Shown here: positions 1-38,419 of the stretch, in pieces
Layout of the letters: every line of letters starts with the position of its first letter
Position numbering within the stretch: the stretch's first letter is position 1
NCBI GenBank assembly: GCA_964106645.2
Contig: OZ067047.1
DNA from: Podarcis pityusensis
Lineage: Eukaryota
Direction: 5' to 3' (one strand)
DNA: 64,000 nt
Made by a program: the position numbers and the translations under genes
The notes under the pieces: generated by a model
What the model saw: only the letters and a program-made list of their open reading frames with translations
Database searches by the model: none
What the model was told of the DNA's origin: nothing

Positions 1-483
1 TTCTGAAATTTACAGAGAGGCCTTGCACTTATCTCTCACTATTAGTTTCTAATCAGTAACAGAATAATAAGTAGTTATTTCAACAAGTATACTGATCCAT
101 AAGAAAACAGCCAAGATCCACGGTCAGACATTACTTTTGTTAGGACCACTCAAAACGTCACAAAACAGCAAGCAAGCTTCTGAATTTTGCATAAGTCTTC
201 ATTTGGATGGAGGCTGAGCAATAGGGTTTGGGAGAGCTACCTTGTTGCTGAAGCTACAAAGTCTACATCCACTCAGTCTTAAAATGTAGTGTGTGTAGGC
301 GGAGATAGCAGACTTAATCCGATTAGGCTCGTAGACACTGCCAGTTTCACGTTACAGCTTGAGCTGCTGTGACAAAGAAAAAGACACCTTGACTGACCCA
401 ACCCCTATTCCCATTTCTAGCCTAACCTCCAGCCTGTAATAGTGTTTCAGGGAGCAGACATAGAACTTAGGAACTGGATTTGC

Positions 484-514
<31 letters not shown>

Positions 515-962
515 TTATTTATATCCCGCCCTCCCCAGCTGAAGCCGGGCTCCGAGCGGCTAACAACAGTAAAATAATACAGCATTCTAAAATCAATTCA
601 TTATAAAATCAATTTAAAAACAAATTAATGGCAACCATTGGGCTAGAGTTCTGTGAGGATTACCAAAGGAGGGGGTCAGACTGTGCCTTGGCCAAAGGCC
701 TAGTGGAACAGCTCTGTCTTGCAGGCCCTGCGGAAAGATGTCAAGTCCCGTAAGGCCCTAGTCTCTTGTGACAGAACGTTCCACCATATCGGAGCCCCAG
801 CTGAAAAAGCCCTGGCTCTGGTTGAGGCCAGCCTAACCTCTCTGTGGCCCAGGACCTCCAAGATGTTTTTGTTTGCAGACCATAAGGTCCTCTGTGGGAC
901 ATACCAGGAGAGTCGGTCCCGTAGGTACGAGGGTCCTAGGTCGTATAGGGCTTTAAAGGTTA
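484..962 (-). mobile_element. L2-type LINE 3' fragment with (AAT)n tail
   Basis: (AAT)10 at 484-513, then ttatttatatcccgcc...gagcggctaacaac and degraded 3' sequence typical of squamate L2; family assigned from recall. Confidence 0.65.
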
Positions 963-2791
963 AAATTACATGCTCAACCTAGGAATATGTTTTCCAAACC
1001 AGAACTGCAATCTGAATTGCTTCACTTGAAAATCTACTCCTGGTTTTCTTTTAACAGCCTAATTAAGGAGTAAGCTCTTGCTGTTGCTGAAACATTTAGG
1101 AATTAGAAACATTAGCTGATCTACTGCAAATAATTCAGAGACCCATGAACAGAGTTCCACCCTACTTGTAAGCACTGTCAGACTCATCCCTGCCCTCAAC
1201 TGCTGCCCTGGGCTTCTTTGGGAGGACTGACTGCTTTTAATTAAAGAGCTGATGTTGTAATGTTTTTATTGTAATTACTTGTATAGTTTAATTTATTTTT
1301 TATTGTTACACTCCACCCCAATTTCCACAGCAGTGCAAGATTCCAGGAGTCCAAGCACTTACCCAGAGTTTGTGTTCCCTCCAGAAATGAGGCACAGCGG
1401 AGACAGTGATGTTTTTTATGATATATGGTTTATTCATATGCACTGCTCAGGCTTGCAACCCAGAGTCACTTCAGTGCTGCAAACAACCTGAGTCTAGACG
1501 GAAAGAATCACATCCCAAGAGGGTCCTGTTCCTCTCATTGCTGCAGCCTCAGATTCCAAGAGACCCCAGACATTATGTCTGACCCCTCTCTGCAGCATAA
1601 AACAGATTAACTTCCTCCTGCTCTACTCCACACCTCACCCCACCCTGCAAAAGTGACTTACCTCTTTGCCCACTACAATTCTGCCCTTCCCTCCTGAACC
1701 GCTGGCCTTTTGTCTCTGCTAACAGTCTCCTAATGGGTTAATGGCTAGACCAAGATCAGTCTGTTTGGCACAGTTTAGTCAAACCATGTTGAATTAAAAC
1801 TTTACTGAATTTAAGAATTATGGGCGACTTGCACCCACAAACACTGGTACCACAAACTTATAACTATAGCGTTTATTTCTATTGGTGTTTATTGTTTAAT
1901 GATTATTTTTTCCTAGCTGTTCTTATTTTTATCCAAAAGCCGCCTTGAGTCCCTTTCAGGGAAAAAGGCAAAGTATTATTATTAACAACAACAATATACT
2001 GAATAAGTAATAAATATCACAGCTGTTTTAAGTATATAACATGGAACTACACTGCAGGCTTACTGCAATCCGTACTCTGGTACAGATCCTCACCCGAAAA
2101 AAACCCTTGCAATAAACGATGAAGTTGGTTACTAGTACTCAGTTTTTAATAGTTGCACGAAAGTTAGAAACCCAATGAGAGCACTATTTGAGAAGTCCAA
2201 GCAGAAAACTCATTTGAGATATGGAACATGAAGCTTGCGTTGGCACTACTATTTTAAAATAATAATTTAAAAAAAACACCTCGAAATGAAACATAAAAGT
2301 TAGAATGACAAAGAGCTACTCCCTTTCCTGACACCTTTCATTTTGAGGAGGCCTTCCTAACCATAAACGCAGGAACATGTCGGGGTTGCTCTACAAATTT
2401 CTCCGGGCGGTTCCTTAGGTGGCGATTTGGGGAACTCTTTGCTCAACGCGAGCCCGGAAGTTCTCTACACTAAGGCTGAGGAGGGGCACTCTATTTTCTT
2501 TTATTTATCGCTGCGATAGCCGTGCCTTCAGAGCCGGGATGCGAAACGTCATCACGCAAGCGCGGGCGCGCTTGGCGGCGTCGGGACGGACCCTGCCTCC
2601 CCATTGGCGCATTGCCAGGGGTAAGGGGCGGGGACACGGTGACGAATAAGGGTGGGCGGAGACTTGCGTCTGCTGCTGAGTGACCCGAACCGGATTTGAT
2701 CCCATTCCCTTACAGCTTTCCAAGGAGCTCGGCCCCAGCGGACGACTTGCCTTGCCTATATTGTCCGCTTTCTCCTCCGCTCGCTCTCACA

Positions 2792-16033
<13,242 letters not shown>

Positions 16034-16561
16034 ATTTCTTCAAGTAACAGTGGAAATTATTCCACTGCCATAGTGAAGGGAATGCTGGAGCATCCCTAAT
16101 AAACCAACACCCCTCTTAAAATGTAATACTCAGTGCTATATTGTGTTGCCCTGTGTATGTTCTTTGGTTAAGTTATACTTCTTCTTTTTTTGCATACCTG
16201 CTATGCTTAGTCTGACTTGAAGAGAGGCTGGAAGACCTCTGTCCACAGAACAGTGGTATGTAAAACAGAAACTGAGACGTTAAGGTCCCTTGAGACAGAT
16301 TCCTTGGGGGTCGGTCTCCGCTTTGACTACTTCCCTCAAAGCATGTCGCCAACCTGTGTTGTTTATCCATGGTTTCCTTATTTAAAAGCTGTTTGATATT
16401 ACGTTAAATAGGGGGCATATGTTTCTTTTGAGGGCCACTGTAACTTATGCTAATTTGGTCAACCCCAGATTCTTGTTCTGTATATGTGGTTTCAAAAATT
16501 ATATATATATATATATATGTATACACACACTTGACTTGTACACATGCACAGCCTATACATC

Positions 16562-16572
16562 ATTAAAATAAA
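16562..16572 (+). terminator. ATP6V1E1 poly(A) signal (overlapping ATTAAA/AATAAA)
   Basis: ATTAAA 16562-16567 and AATAAA 16567-16572, followed by GU/U-rich ttgttgtttttcctttg. Confidence 0.75.
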
Positions 16573-19036
16573 AAGGTGTGTGAAACTTGTTGTTTTTCCT
16601 TTGCTTCTGCCCCCAGAGGAATAAATCTGTATGAGGTCATCAAGCAACCATGTTACTGAGCTTTACAGCAACACCTTCCCTCGATGTAGTTTCAGTTAGG
16701 GAGTGTAAAAAAAAGAACTGAGAATCAATGGTACCATTTATCAGAAGGGAGTTTTAGACTAAAATTTAGTTCACTATAAAGTTGGAAGCTTCAAGATTAG
16801 TATTGGGGAATTAAACTATGCAAACTGTAAGCAATCTGATTTATTAAGAGACAAGCTGCTTTTTAAGGTCAGAAGCAGCCATTTTACCACGCTGCCAAGA
16901 TTAACAGAGAACATTTTTTAATACTATCCTTTAGCAGAGTTCCCTGAGTAGGTTGCAAAAAGTTATGTGGTCATGTTGTAGAAGGTAAGGCAGAACAGGG
17001 GTGTCAGCAGGTAGTAGCATGAGAGTTGATAATTGCAACTGGCTTTTTTTAGGGGTTCCAAGCATAACAAAGCATAAATTCTACGTTTTTTTAAAGCTAT
17101 ATCAGTCTAATGAAGCAAAACTACTTTATCTAAAATTTTATTTCTCCATGCATCAAGGAACAGGTTTACAGTAAGATTCTTTTGTTTGAGGTTGGATGGG
17201 TACTACTTTTCTGCTAGTTTCTCCATGGAAAGGGGGTAGAAACTAGTCGTCTTGCTGGCCAATCAAAGCACCATTGCACACACCAACTAGGGTAATCCTT
17301 GGCCCCTTTTTGCTATTGCCACTTTTAGGATTTTCTGTGCAGTGGTGAAAGCTACACATTCTAACCAAAAAATGAAGTCTCATATTATCAAGAACTGAGT
17401 GGAAGAGAGACATGGTGGTTGCTATTAACTACAGTAGTGCTAAAGAACATATCAGACCTACCTAATCCAGCACCCTGTTCACACAGTGGCCAACCAAATG
17501 CTTGTGGGGAAAATGCAAGCAAGACCTGAGCACAAAAGCAGTCTCCTCTCCTGTGGTTTCCAGCCCTTGGTATTCAGAAATATAATGCCTCTGGACCTTG
17601 TGGTTATGAGTAAACAAGGGGGAGGGAAGCTTTTGTCAGCCCAAGAGCTGCATTCCTCTGGTAGTCACCTGAGAATCACATGGCAGAACTGGGTGAGGCT
17701 AGAGGCAACAGTAGGCAGAGCAATGGATGCAGTTCTCACCTTTGCACAGTAGGCTACATCTCAGCCATCAAAAAGACATTTCCACATGCAATCCAGGCAA
17801 GCAGCATTATCAAAGCTCAAAGACAATTTGCAGGCAGTAAGAGAACTCAAGGAGGGCACAGAACATAGCCAGTGAGAGGTGTTGTCTAGGAAAAGTCATA
17901 TGGGCCAGAGACACGAGGCGTGGAAACTTCATTTGCTTTCTGTCTTCCATTTAAAGTAGGTGAGGAAGATGGTTCCTGACCATCAATTTGCATTGCTGAA
18001 CAGTCACTAAGGTACAGCATGCTTTAGGGTTAGGCAAACACAAATATTTCCTTTGTGTATGTATCTGTGTTGTCTAAACACAGCTCTGGGTTATGCACAA
18101 ACAGCAAATGGGAAAGTTCGTACCTCCCCCACCCACCCCAAGCTGAACAGCAGTTGGCAGACTGTCATCAGATGCTGTAACTAACACTATCCATTACAGA
18201 TGCAGAAGTGGCTTAATAGAAACTTGCTGAGCTCAGATGGTCACATTAGAAACATAATACACAATTAAGAACGGCCATTAATTTATGTGTACAAATGCAT
18301 GCACTGGAACAGAAGAGGGTGGCAATGATGAGACTGCTTCTAAAATGCAAGATCAGAAAGGGTTCTGTAGTGAAATGTATACAGCATTGCAGGATCACCA
18401 AATAAAATGTACAGGAAAATATTTCCAGCATGAGATCAGGGCAGCAAGGGTGAAATTAATCTCCACTAAACTGCTATCCTTGATCCAACTTTGAAGCATT
18501 GAAGAAATGACACAAAAATATGAAGTTGTGATATTTATAAATGCACTTGTAATGGAGAAGAACAAGCATCAGGCAGCGCTGCGAAGGACCCCCTAGATCC
18601 CTAGTAAAGTGTAAGCTTTGTAAGTAGATGGATCCAGATTCAATCTCTGGCCATACATACTGGAGAAAGAGCACCACTCCTCGTCTGCAGTGGCGTGTGA
18701 TAGTCCTACTGTTAGATCAGCTTGAAAAAAGTTGGCCAACGTTTGGTGCAAGTAAGAAATGACACTTGCAACCCATTCCTTTTCATAGCACAACCTTTGG
18801 CATGTTAACTTTTAGGTCCCAGAAATCTGCCCAGTGCAGAGGATTGTTTTAGAAAATGAAGCAATGGCAAACCTGGAAGTGGTGTTTTTTAGGCCTTCTT
18901 CCTGAATAGTGGTAGACTGGGTAGTTGTTCACAGCCATTCAAGTATTTACAGGGTGCTTCCATTTCTCTTCAAGTAGCTAGTGTCACAGAACTCTTGCAA
19001 TCTTAATTCATGATCCAGTGTGTTTTAGAATGGGTA

Positions 19037-31140
<12,104 letters not shown>

Positions 31141-32642
31141 TGTTCCTTGGGGATGTTGTTTCTTGGTGATGGCAGCAGCTGCTTGTGCTGCTGACACAGG
31201 AAAATTCTTTCAAATATGGAGGCGCATTCCTCTTTGTCTTTGTTCTGCTGGGGAAGAGAACACCATTAGTGCTTCTTGACATGCTGCTTGCCAGGGGTAT
31301 ATTACAGGTAACAAATGACAGTGTCAGTTCTAAAACATAGAGGCAATTTATCACTTAATCAGCTCCTGGAGAATAGTGAAGTCAGATGAATAGCTTCCCA
31401 GAGGCCACCAAACACAAAAACAGGGTTTTTTGTCTCAAATGCAACCCAACCTGGGCACTTTTAAGCCACTATTTTGTAAAAGAAGTGCCAAGGAAATGCT
31501 TACCATTTTGGACCCAGAGAGGCCAAAGAATCTCCAGAGGAGGAGAGAAGGGGATGTGGGCACATGCCTCACCAAGGGGGATGAGACAAGGGTTAGAGAA
31601 CATTAACCAGACATTGCCCCCTGAAGTCTATAATACTGATCACGGAATTTGGTTTGGAAATGATGACTAAAATCACTAGGAGATGCATAGAACTGTGACA
31701 TAATTCTATTAATCTCTGAAGTGGGAAATTAGTGGGTACTGAAGGTACCAAAAAGTGAGGTTCTGGAGTTCCATGAAAGATTGCCCAGAAGTGTGCTGTG
31801 AGTGGGGAGTTGGCTTGGATGGACAAATAGGAACTACTGCTGATCTCATTCTTTGAGATCAGCAATAAAGAGATCAATGTTGCATCTCTGTGAAATTTAG
31901 AAGACTAGCTGCTGAATCTGGGTCTTTTTCTGGCAGTGAGATGAGAGTAGGTAGGACAATCTTGTTGGTTTTACTTCACCTGAAGGCGGCAGCAAAAGAC
32001 TTCTGAAATCCTGGAGGATGACAACAACAGGGAAGCATGAAAGGCATGGCATGTTCAAACAATTTCCATGTTTTTGAAGGGGTTGGGAGTGTCTTGATGT
32101 TGCCTTAGCGCCCATCATTGAACAAAAGACTGTGTGTATTCATGGTCATCATTATGCTGTTTGTGTGTTATATAATTTACTTGCCCAGCCATGCCAAAAG
32201 AAGTCAAGCAACAATTTTGCAAGGCCAATGAGTCACACATAAACAATTAGTCATGTATAACCAGCTAGAATTATTTAATAATATTGTTGCTACAAAATAT
32301 CTTTCTGGTTCGGTTTATTATCAAAATACTACTAGTGACTTTTGCAGTTAGTCATCATTCACATGCATGCACTAAATTTATTTTCTCACATTTATATCCC
32401 TTACTGTATTTCTTCCAAGGTGGTGCACATTTGGTTTTCAGGCTGACACCCATCCACTTACTTACTCTCAGCAAGGTAGTGACCTCATGTGCCTTCAGAC
32501 CTAACCCTGGGGCATATTTGCATGAGTTATACCACAAGTGCCAAAAGCAGCATCTGAAATGTTGTAGCAGTTTGCACAGATAGTGTCATTCCAGCATTCC
32601 ACTCTAGAACAGGGGCTAAAAACTCTCATATAAGCTAGCTAG

Positions 32643-32889
32643 GGTAAAGGTAAAGGGACCCCTGACCGTTAGGTCCAGTCACAGACGACTCTGGGGTTGC
32701 GGTGCTCATCTCGCTTTACTGGCCAAGGGAGCCGGCGTACAGCTTCCGGGTCATGTGGCCAGTATGGCTAAGCCACTTCTGGCGAACCAGAGCAGCACAT
32801 GGAAATGCTGTTTACCTTCCCGCTGGAGCGGTACCTATTTATCTACTTGCACTTTGTGTTTTCGAACTGCTAGGTTGGCAGGAACAGGG
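32643..32889 (-). mobile_element. Sauria SINE, 5'-truncated
   Basis: Reverse complement of 6720-6959 including the (ACCTTT)n tail. Confidence 0.9.
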
Positions 32890-33022
32890 TAGAATATCAT
32901 TTTTAAAAGAAAAGAAAAAGAAGAAACATATAGACCTTCCCTTCTTGCTGCTCTGATGTGCATTTAATGAAAGGAACAGTTGTACCCACAGGAACAATGG
33001 AAGGTGTGGCATAGTATAATCT

Positions 33023-33165
33023 TAGAATCATAGAATTGTAAAGTTGGAAGCGACCCTAAGCATCATCTAGTATCCAATCCCCTGCAATGCAGGAATATGT
33101 AGCTGTCCCGTTTGAACCCGCAACCTTGGTGTTATCAGCACTGTGCTCTAACCAACTGAGCTATC
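33023..33165 (-). mobile_element. tRNA-headed, CR1-tailed SINE (Squam2-like)
   Basis: Minus strand gatagctcagttggttagagcacagtgctgataac...ggttcaaac, then CR1-like 3' end and attctatgattcta. Confidence 0.7.
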
Positions 33166-33460
33166 AGGAAGCTCACAAACAACATTACACATTTGAACCT
33201 TTGTCTCTAAATTACTGTGTGTGAGGCATGTAGGTCCCTGACAGTATAAGAACATCTTTGTAAGAAATAGCTAAAGAGAACAAAATAATTTCTGTCCTTC
33301 ATCTATAACTATTAGGAATCTGAAAGAAGTTCCTCCTCAGGACTTCCTAAAGAAAAGCATGCATTGTAGACTGTCTCTGAAATATGAAGTTTTAGAATAT
33401 ATCCCTGTGAGTGAAACACATGCAAATTCAGAAGTCAGGAAAAATGGGAAGCTAGCTTAC

Positions 33461-33560
33461 CTTCCTTATTTGCAAGCACCCGGTTCCCTCCCTTCCTTCC
33501 TTCTCTCTTTCAGTTTTTAGCCTCTGACTCACATCTGGATTCCTCCAACAAGCAAACCCT
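33461..33560 (-). other. SLC25A18: Putative non-coding 5' exon of SLC25A18 (5' boundary approximate)
   Basis: Strong donor AAG|GTAAGC at 33461/33460; the ATG exon has an acceptor, so an upstream exon is required. Confidence 0.5.
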
Positions 33561-35579
33561 ATCCAATGTTTAAGGGGTGGTTCACAAATTCCCAGTGATT
33601 TTGTGTAAATACACTGTAAGTGGGAGACGAAAAAACACACACATCTCTGTGCCAGTTACTCATCAAGCCTCTCCTTTTTTGGGCCTGGCAAAGGAAGTGC
33701 CCCAAGCCCTACCCAGGAGAACAAACACACCTTTAAAATGTGCTTTTAACCTTAAAACCGGTTTTTAGACAAACACTGTTTGCATTTCAGCCTGCTTAGG
33801 CAAGTGCTGTTTCCACAAGTGCCCATGTAATTTCACTGGTTGTTAACAGCAACACTTTCTTTGCTGTTAACTGGGGAAGTGAGGTATAATGGCAATGCAG
33901 TGTTGCTGTTGACCCCTGACATCAGTCAATTAAAGTGTAACCTCAACTATGAACTCACTACATGGCCATAGGGCAAGACAGTGTTTCCCAAAGCTCTGTT
34001 CTCTATTTTCATTGTAAGAATGACAACCCTGTGTCCTACGCTTCAGGAGGATTACTAAAACAACGTGCAAAAAGTTTAATTCCTGCCAGGGACAGCATTG
34101 CCCGCTGCTGTGGTGGCAGCGATGGCTGCAGCACACTCCTTGGAGGCCGGATTGGCTGCCTTCCTGGCAGCCCCCCATGCCACCTCCACAATGGCCTCTT
34201 GGGAAAGAAGAGGCACTGCTGGTCTCCTCACACCCGTAGGGAAGAAATGGCAGCAGCTGCCCTCTGGGGTCTACTGGGCTCTGCACCCCCCACCCCACCC
34301 CATGGTGTCTGATTCCTACTTAAACCATCAGGCAAGGTTAATTTGATTCCCACCCACCCCTTGTTCTCAGTGTAGATCCTCACTCACCCCTTCTTCCCCA
34401 ACCAAGAGTGGTGGTGTCATTTTGTGGTTCGCCTCAGGTGCCAAAATGTCTTCAGCCGGCCCAAATTCCTGCAGCAAGTTTTTCTTTGTGTGGAATAGCT
34501 AGGCCAAAATGCATTGAGCTTCAGGGATCCCGCTTATCCAAGGGTGTATTCTTAACAACCAAAAAATATACACAAGTTCTATAAGGATAACCATGTTTGT
34601 TTCTACAGACTAAATACTAGCAAATCTACTGTCATGAAAGCTCGTGTGGTAAAACATTTAGTCACAGGATTCTTTGTGGTTTAGATGTCCTATTAATACT
34701 TAAGGGCATATATATTTTAACTACTGTATTTCCTTCCAGCTTTTATGTAGATTCAGGGCCAAACTAGGCCAGAAATTAAATACTTTGAATCAGTATCTAC
34801 ATTGGGAGGAAATTCCCTATTGCTGCCAGTAGGGGATTTCCTACAAACCCAGATACTGGTTAAATCCCCCTCCACACCTGTTGTGTAGAAATTTTGTTTT
34901 CGTTTTTCCCTGTGTAAATTTTTAACAATATGTGAGTCTCTAGTGTCAAATGTCAACATGCCACATTGGGATTTAAGTGGAAAACAATAATTAAAGCAAG
35001 CATCATGTCCCTTAAAATCCAGGACATTTCAGTCAAATTCCTAGGCAAACACGGGAGATTTGCTCCCTTTTCTTTCGCTGACACCCCACCACCCCACCCC
35101 CACTTCTGAAACACACTTTTCAGACACATTTCACTTCAGTTCATTCCTTCAGGAAACTCTAGGCCATCAATCCTGATGTTACCACAGGGAAATGTGTTTC
35201 TTGTGCAGTTTATGTCTCTGAGACATTTGCTCGAGGGCCATTGGTGTGTAGAGAAACAAGATATGCATTAATTTCCTCAATAATTTTACCTGGGGCAAAA
35301 TGGACACTAATATGTTGCCTTCTGCTGTTCTAAGTTTTGTTCTTCCTTCTGCACTGGTAGAGAAACAAAAAAACGAAGCAATACCTACCTCAGCAAGCTG
35401 GTGCTTTATGTTCAGCCATGTCCCAGTACATTCTGTTAGCCATCAGCCTTGCAAGACTCCAGATTATTTCTGGAATCCATTAATGTCTGTTGTTGCCAAA
35501 CTTCTTAGATATCAGCAAACTAGGGGCCCTTCAGGCATAAATGACCTTTAGGCAACATCATCTGTTCCCTGCCTCAGTA

Positions 35580-35593
35580 GTAACCATGGCAAC
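35580..35593. promoter_or_regulatory. RFX X-box GTAACCATGGCAAC
   Basis: Matches the GTNRCC(N0-3)RGYAAC consensus. Confidence 0.5.
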
Positions 35594-38419
35594 TGAGATA
35601 TGTAGAGGACAGGCAGCAGCCATGGCTATGAGGCTCTCCAGCAGTCTGTAGACTGGGGGTGGGGCCTGTTGGTCGGTGCAGATCCCTCCCTTTACCAAAT
35701 GGTCAAATAGGAATGTTCCACTTATGTCTATCTGCACAGTGCTCTGATCCCAGTGCCACCCCTTGCTTTCAATAGTGGGCCTGAAATTGCAGGGTCAAAG
35801 AGGCTGTAATTGTGGAACAGCCTAGCTTGTACATTACATTCTTTACCATGTAATTGTAGAGTTGGAAGGTAGACTGGGGGTCAACTAGTCCAAGCCCTGG
35901 CAATGCAGCAGTATGCTATGGTTAGGTTGGTAGGAAAAGAGTGTGTAAAACCAAGACTCTTCTCTGCTGTCACTGAATTACTTTTTATTATATATGGGAA
36001 ATATGTGACTAGGCCTTGAGCAATGCAGGTACAGCTCAGCTAAGTTCTCTTAATGTGATCCTGCAAAGGATTGAGTGCGAAGTTTGAAATGCTCCAAGCA
36101 AAAACTGCCTTCCTGATATTTTGCCTTTTCTGACCTTGTAAATTGTGTTGTCAGTGCTTAATCCCACTGGTACACCCCCATGGATATTGAAGGAGGAATT
36201 AATATGTTTCAGTTTCAGGCAACATGTGAAATGTTCCCATCTCAGTTTTAGCATTAGGCACAGAAAGCTAAACCCTGATATTTAAATTAATTTAGGTCCA
36301 TGAACAACTATTATTTTCTCCACAAATTGTTAAGATTTCAAGTGCATAGGGCAAGGGAATCCCCAGGCTTCCACTTGTGAATCCACCAAAGTTCCTAGTC
36401 TCTCAAGTACACATACATCTTCTCACCAATGGTTGGTCTGAGGTCTCTTCAGGGGCTGATGATGCTGAATCAGAGATGAGTGATGCTTGTTGGTGTGACC
36501 TGAAACCATGCAGCTGCCTTAATCACTCCTTTAACAGGTCTGAAAGAGTGACCCCTTTGTAGAGGAGGGGCAGAGATGACAGCTCATTTTAGGCTACCTG
36601 GCTGTCAGAACCAGTGCCTGATTTAAGCACATGACAAAACCTTCTGTTATCACACAACCTGGAAAGCAGATTTTGTATAAAAAAACTTTAAAGGCATTCT
36701 TTATTGGATGCACAGATACAGGGAAAGGCCAGATGTTGTCACGAGATCAATTTCCAGGCAGGGAGCAATTGGAACAGCAAAGTCTGAGTGAGGATGTCTA
36801 TGAAATCTCTGGAAGCTCTTACTGCCCACATATGGAGAAATTCCAAAAGGGAGCCTGTATTAATATGTTCAAGTGGGACTGCTGCACTGGAGACACAGCG
36901 GGTCATTTGGAAAGGCTTCAGTTGCAAAATCTCACTTCTGGAAAATGACCCTGCTTGTTTCCCATGCCTTGAAGCCTGACATCAACTAAATAAAAGCGAT
37001 TGATCTGATCTTCCAGCACTCCAGGCACAGAAGTACTGGTACACTGACAAAAAGAGTTATGAACTTTTTACAATCCCTAAGCACCCATAACTTGTTATGG
37101 AAAACAAAACGTTGGCAGAGAACATGTGGTTGCTGGCTAGGCTGGTGAAGGGGGAGCAGAGGTTACTCCACCCAACAGGAAAGGAGGCACTTCTGCAGGC
37201 AACTATGTGCAAAACCAGAAAACCACCCTCTACATTGGTTTATGTATTCTTAAAGAATGGTGCTGGGACTCCCCTGACCTTGAAGTCTCTCCCCCCCCCC
37301 CCAATAATTTTAGACATAGGGATGTTAGTTACGCTTTTTTCAGTGATGAGAAAAGTGTGCTCTGCTCATTTTCAACGGCTTTTATATATCCATTGCATAC
37401 TTTCAGTATGCCGTATGCTTACTGATTCGTACATTAAATGACATTATTGACCTCAGCCATGCCTATTTTTTATTGAAAAACCCATTTTGCTTTCTCTTAC
37501 CCCTGCAAACTAGAATTAATCTAAAAACCTAAAAGCTGTCATTATTTATTTCATGGCGGAGGGGGGAGCTGAGACTAGTGACATGTCTGCATTGCATCGC
37601 AGCTGAAATGTGAGATCCTATGTGCTGAAGCATAGATCTTGATGCAACGCTTGCTTGAAGGACACCAAATCTGACAAAAGAACATATACACACTCATCCT
37701 ACATTTTATTGTTCTGAATTCCCCCGCGTAGCTCAGTTGGCTCAGTTCCTTGGCCCAGTTGCTTTAGTCACCTGGAGCTATTTGTCTTGCACATTCCTTG
37801 TTCATAGTTCCTTTCTGGTTGCGGCAAACTATGATACATATTATGTGGATCCATCTGCAACATGACTGATAAGTGGCAAGTCATGGAGTTGGCACTTTGG
37901 TCTCTTCTAGCTTAATGACTCATCGGTCTTTTTCAACAGCATTTGTACAGGAAATTTGCTTCAGGTGGCAATATAGGGATTTTTTTTTTAGCAACTACGA
38001 TTGTTCTCTACATTGGGTAACTTAAATTCTTGTGTTGAATTAAGGATCCTACACAGGAGACCAGAAGTGTAGTTCTACTCCACTCCATAATTATTATCAC
38101 TAGACCTTCTAAATATCACAGAACAGAGAGTGGTAATCTATCTATGAGTGTTTCAACAGGACTTTATCACTGAACTACCACCACTGATCAAATATGAATC
38201 CTTCAGGATGAAAGACCTATAGCTCAGTGGTAGAGATTACAGCTTTGTATGTAAAAGAATATTAGGGAGCAGGTGAAGTAAAAATCCCCGTCTGAGACCT
38301 TGGACAGCTGTTGCCAGTCATATCAGCAGCACTGGGATATGTGGATGAATGGTCTAACTCAGTATGAAGCAGCTTCCATGAGCAATTAGAGGTGAAGAAA
38401 TACACACAGACCAAGACCA

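Noticed and set aside
31188-31192. NAGNAG tandem acceptor in SLC25A18
   Set aside because: Lies in the 5'UTR; a 3-nt shift has no coding effect
33100-33165. tRNA-Ile-like sequence as a tRNA gene
   Set aside because: Acceptor stem is incomplete and it is fused to a CR1-like tail, so it is a SINE head
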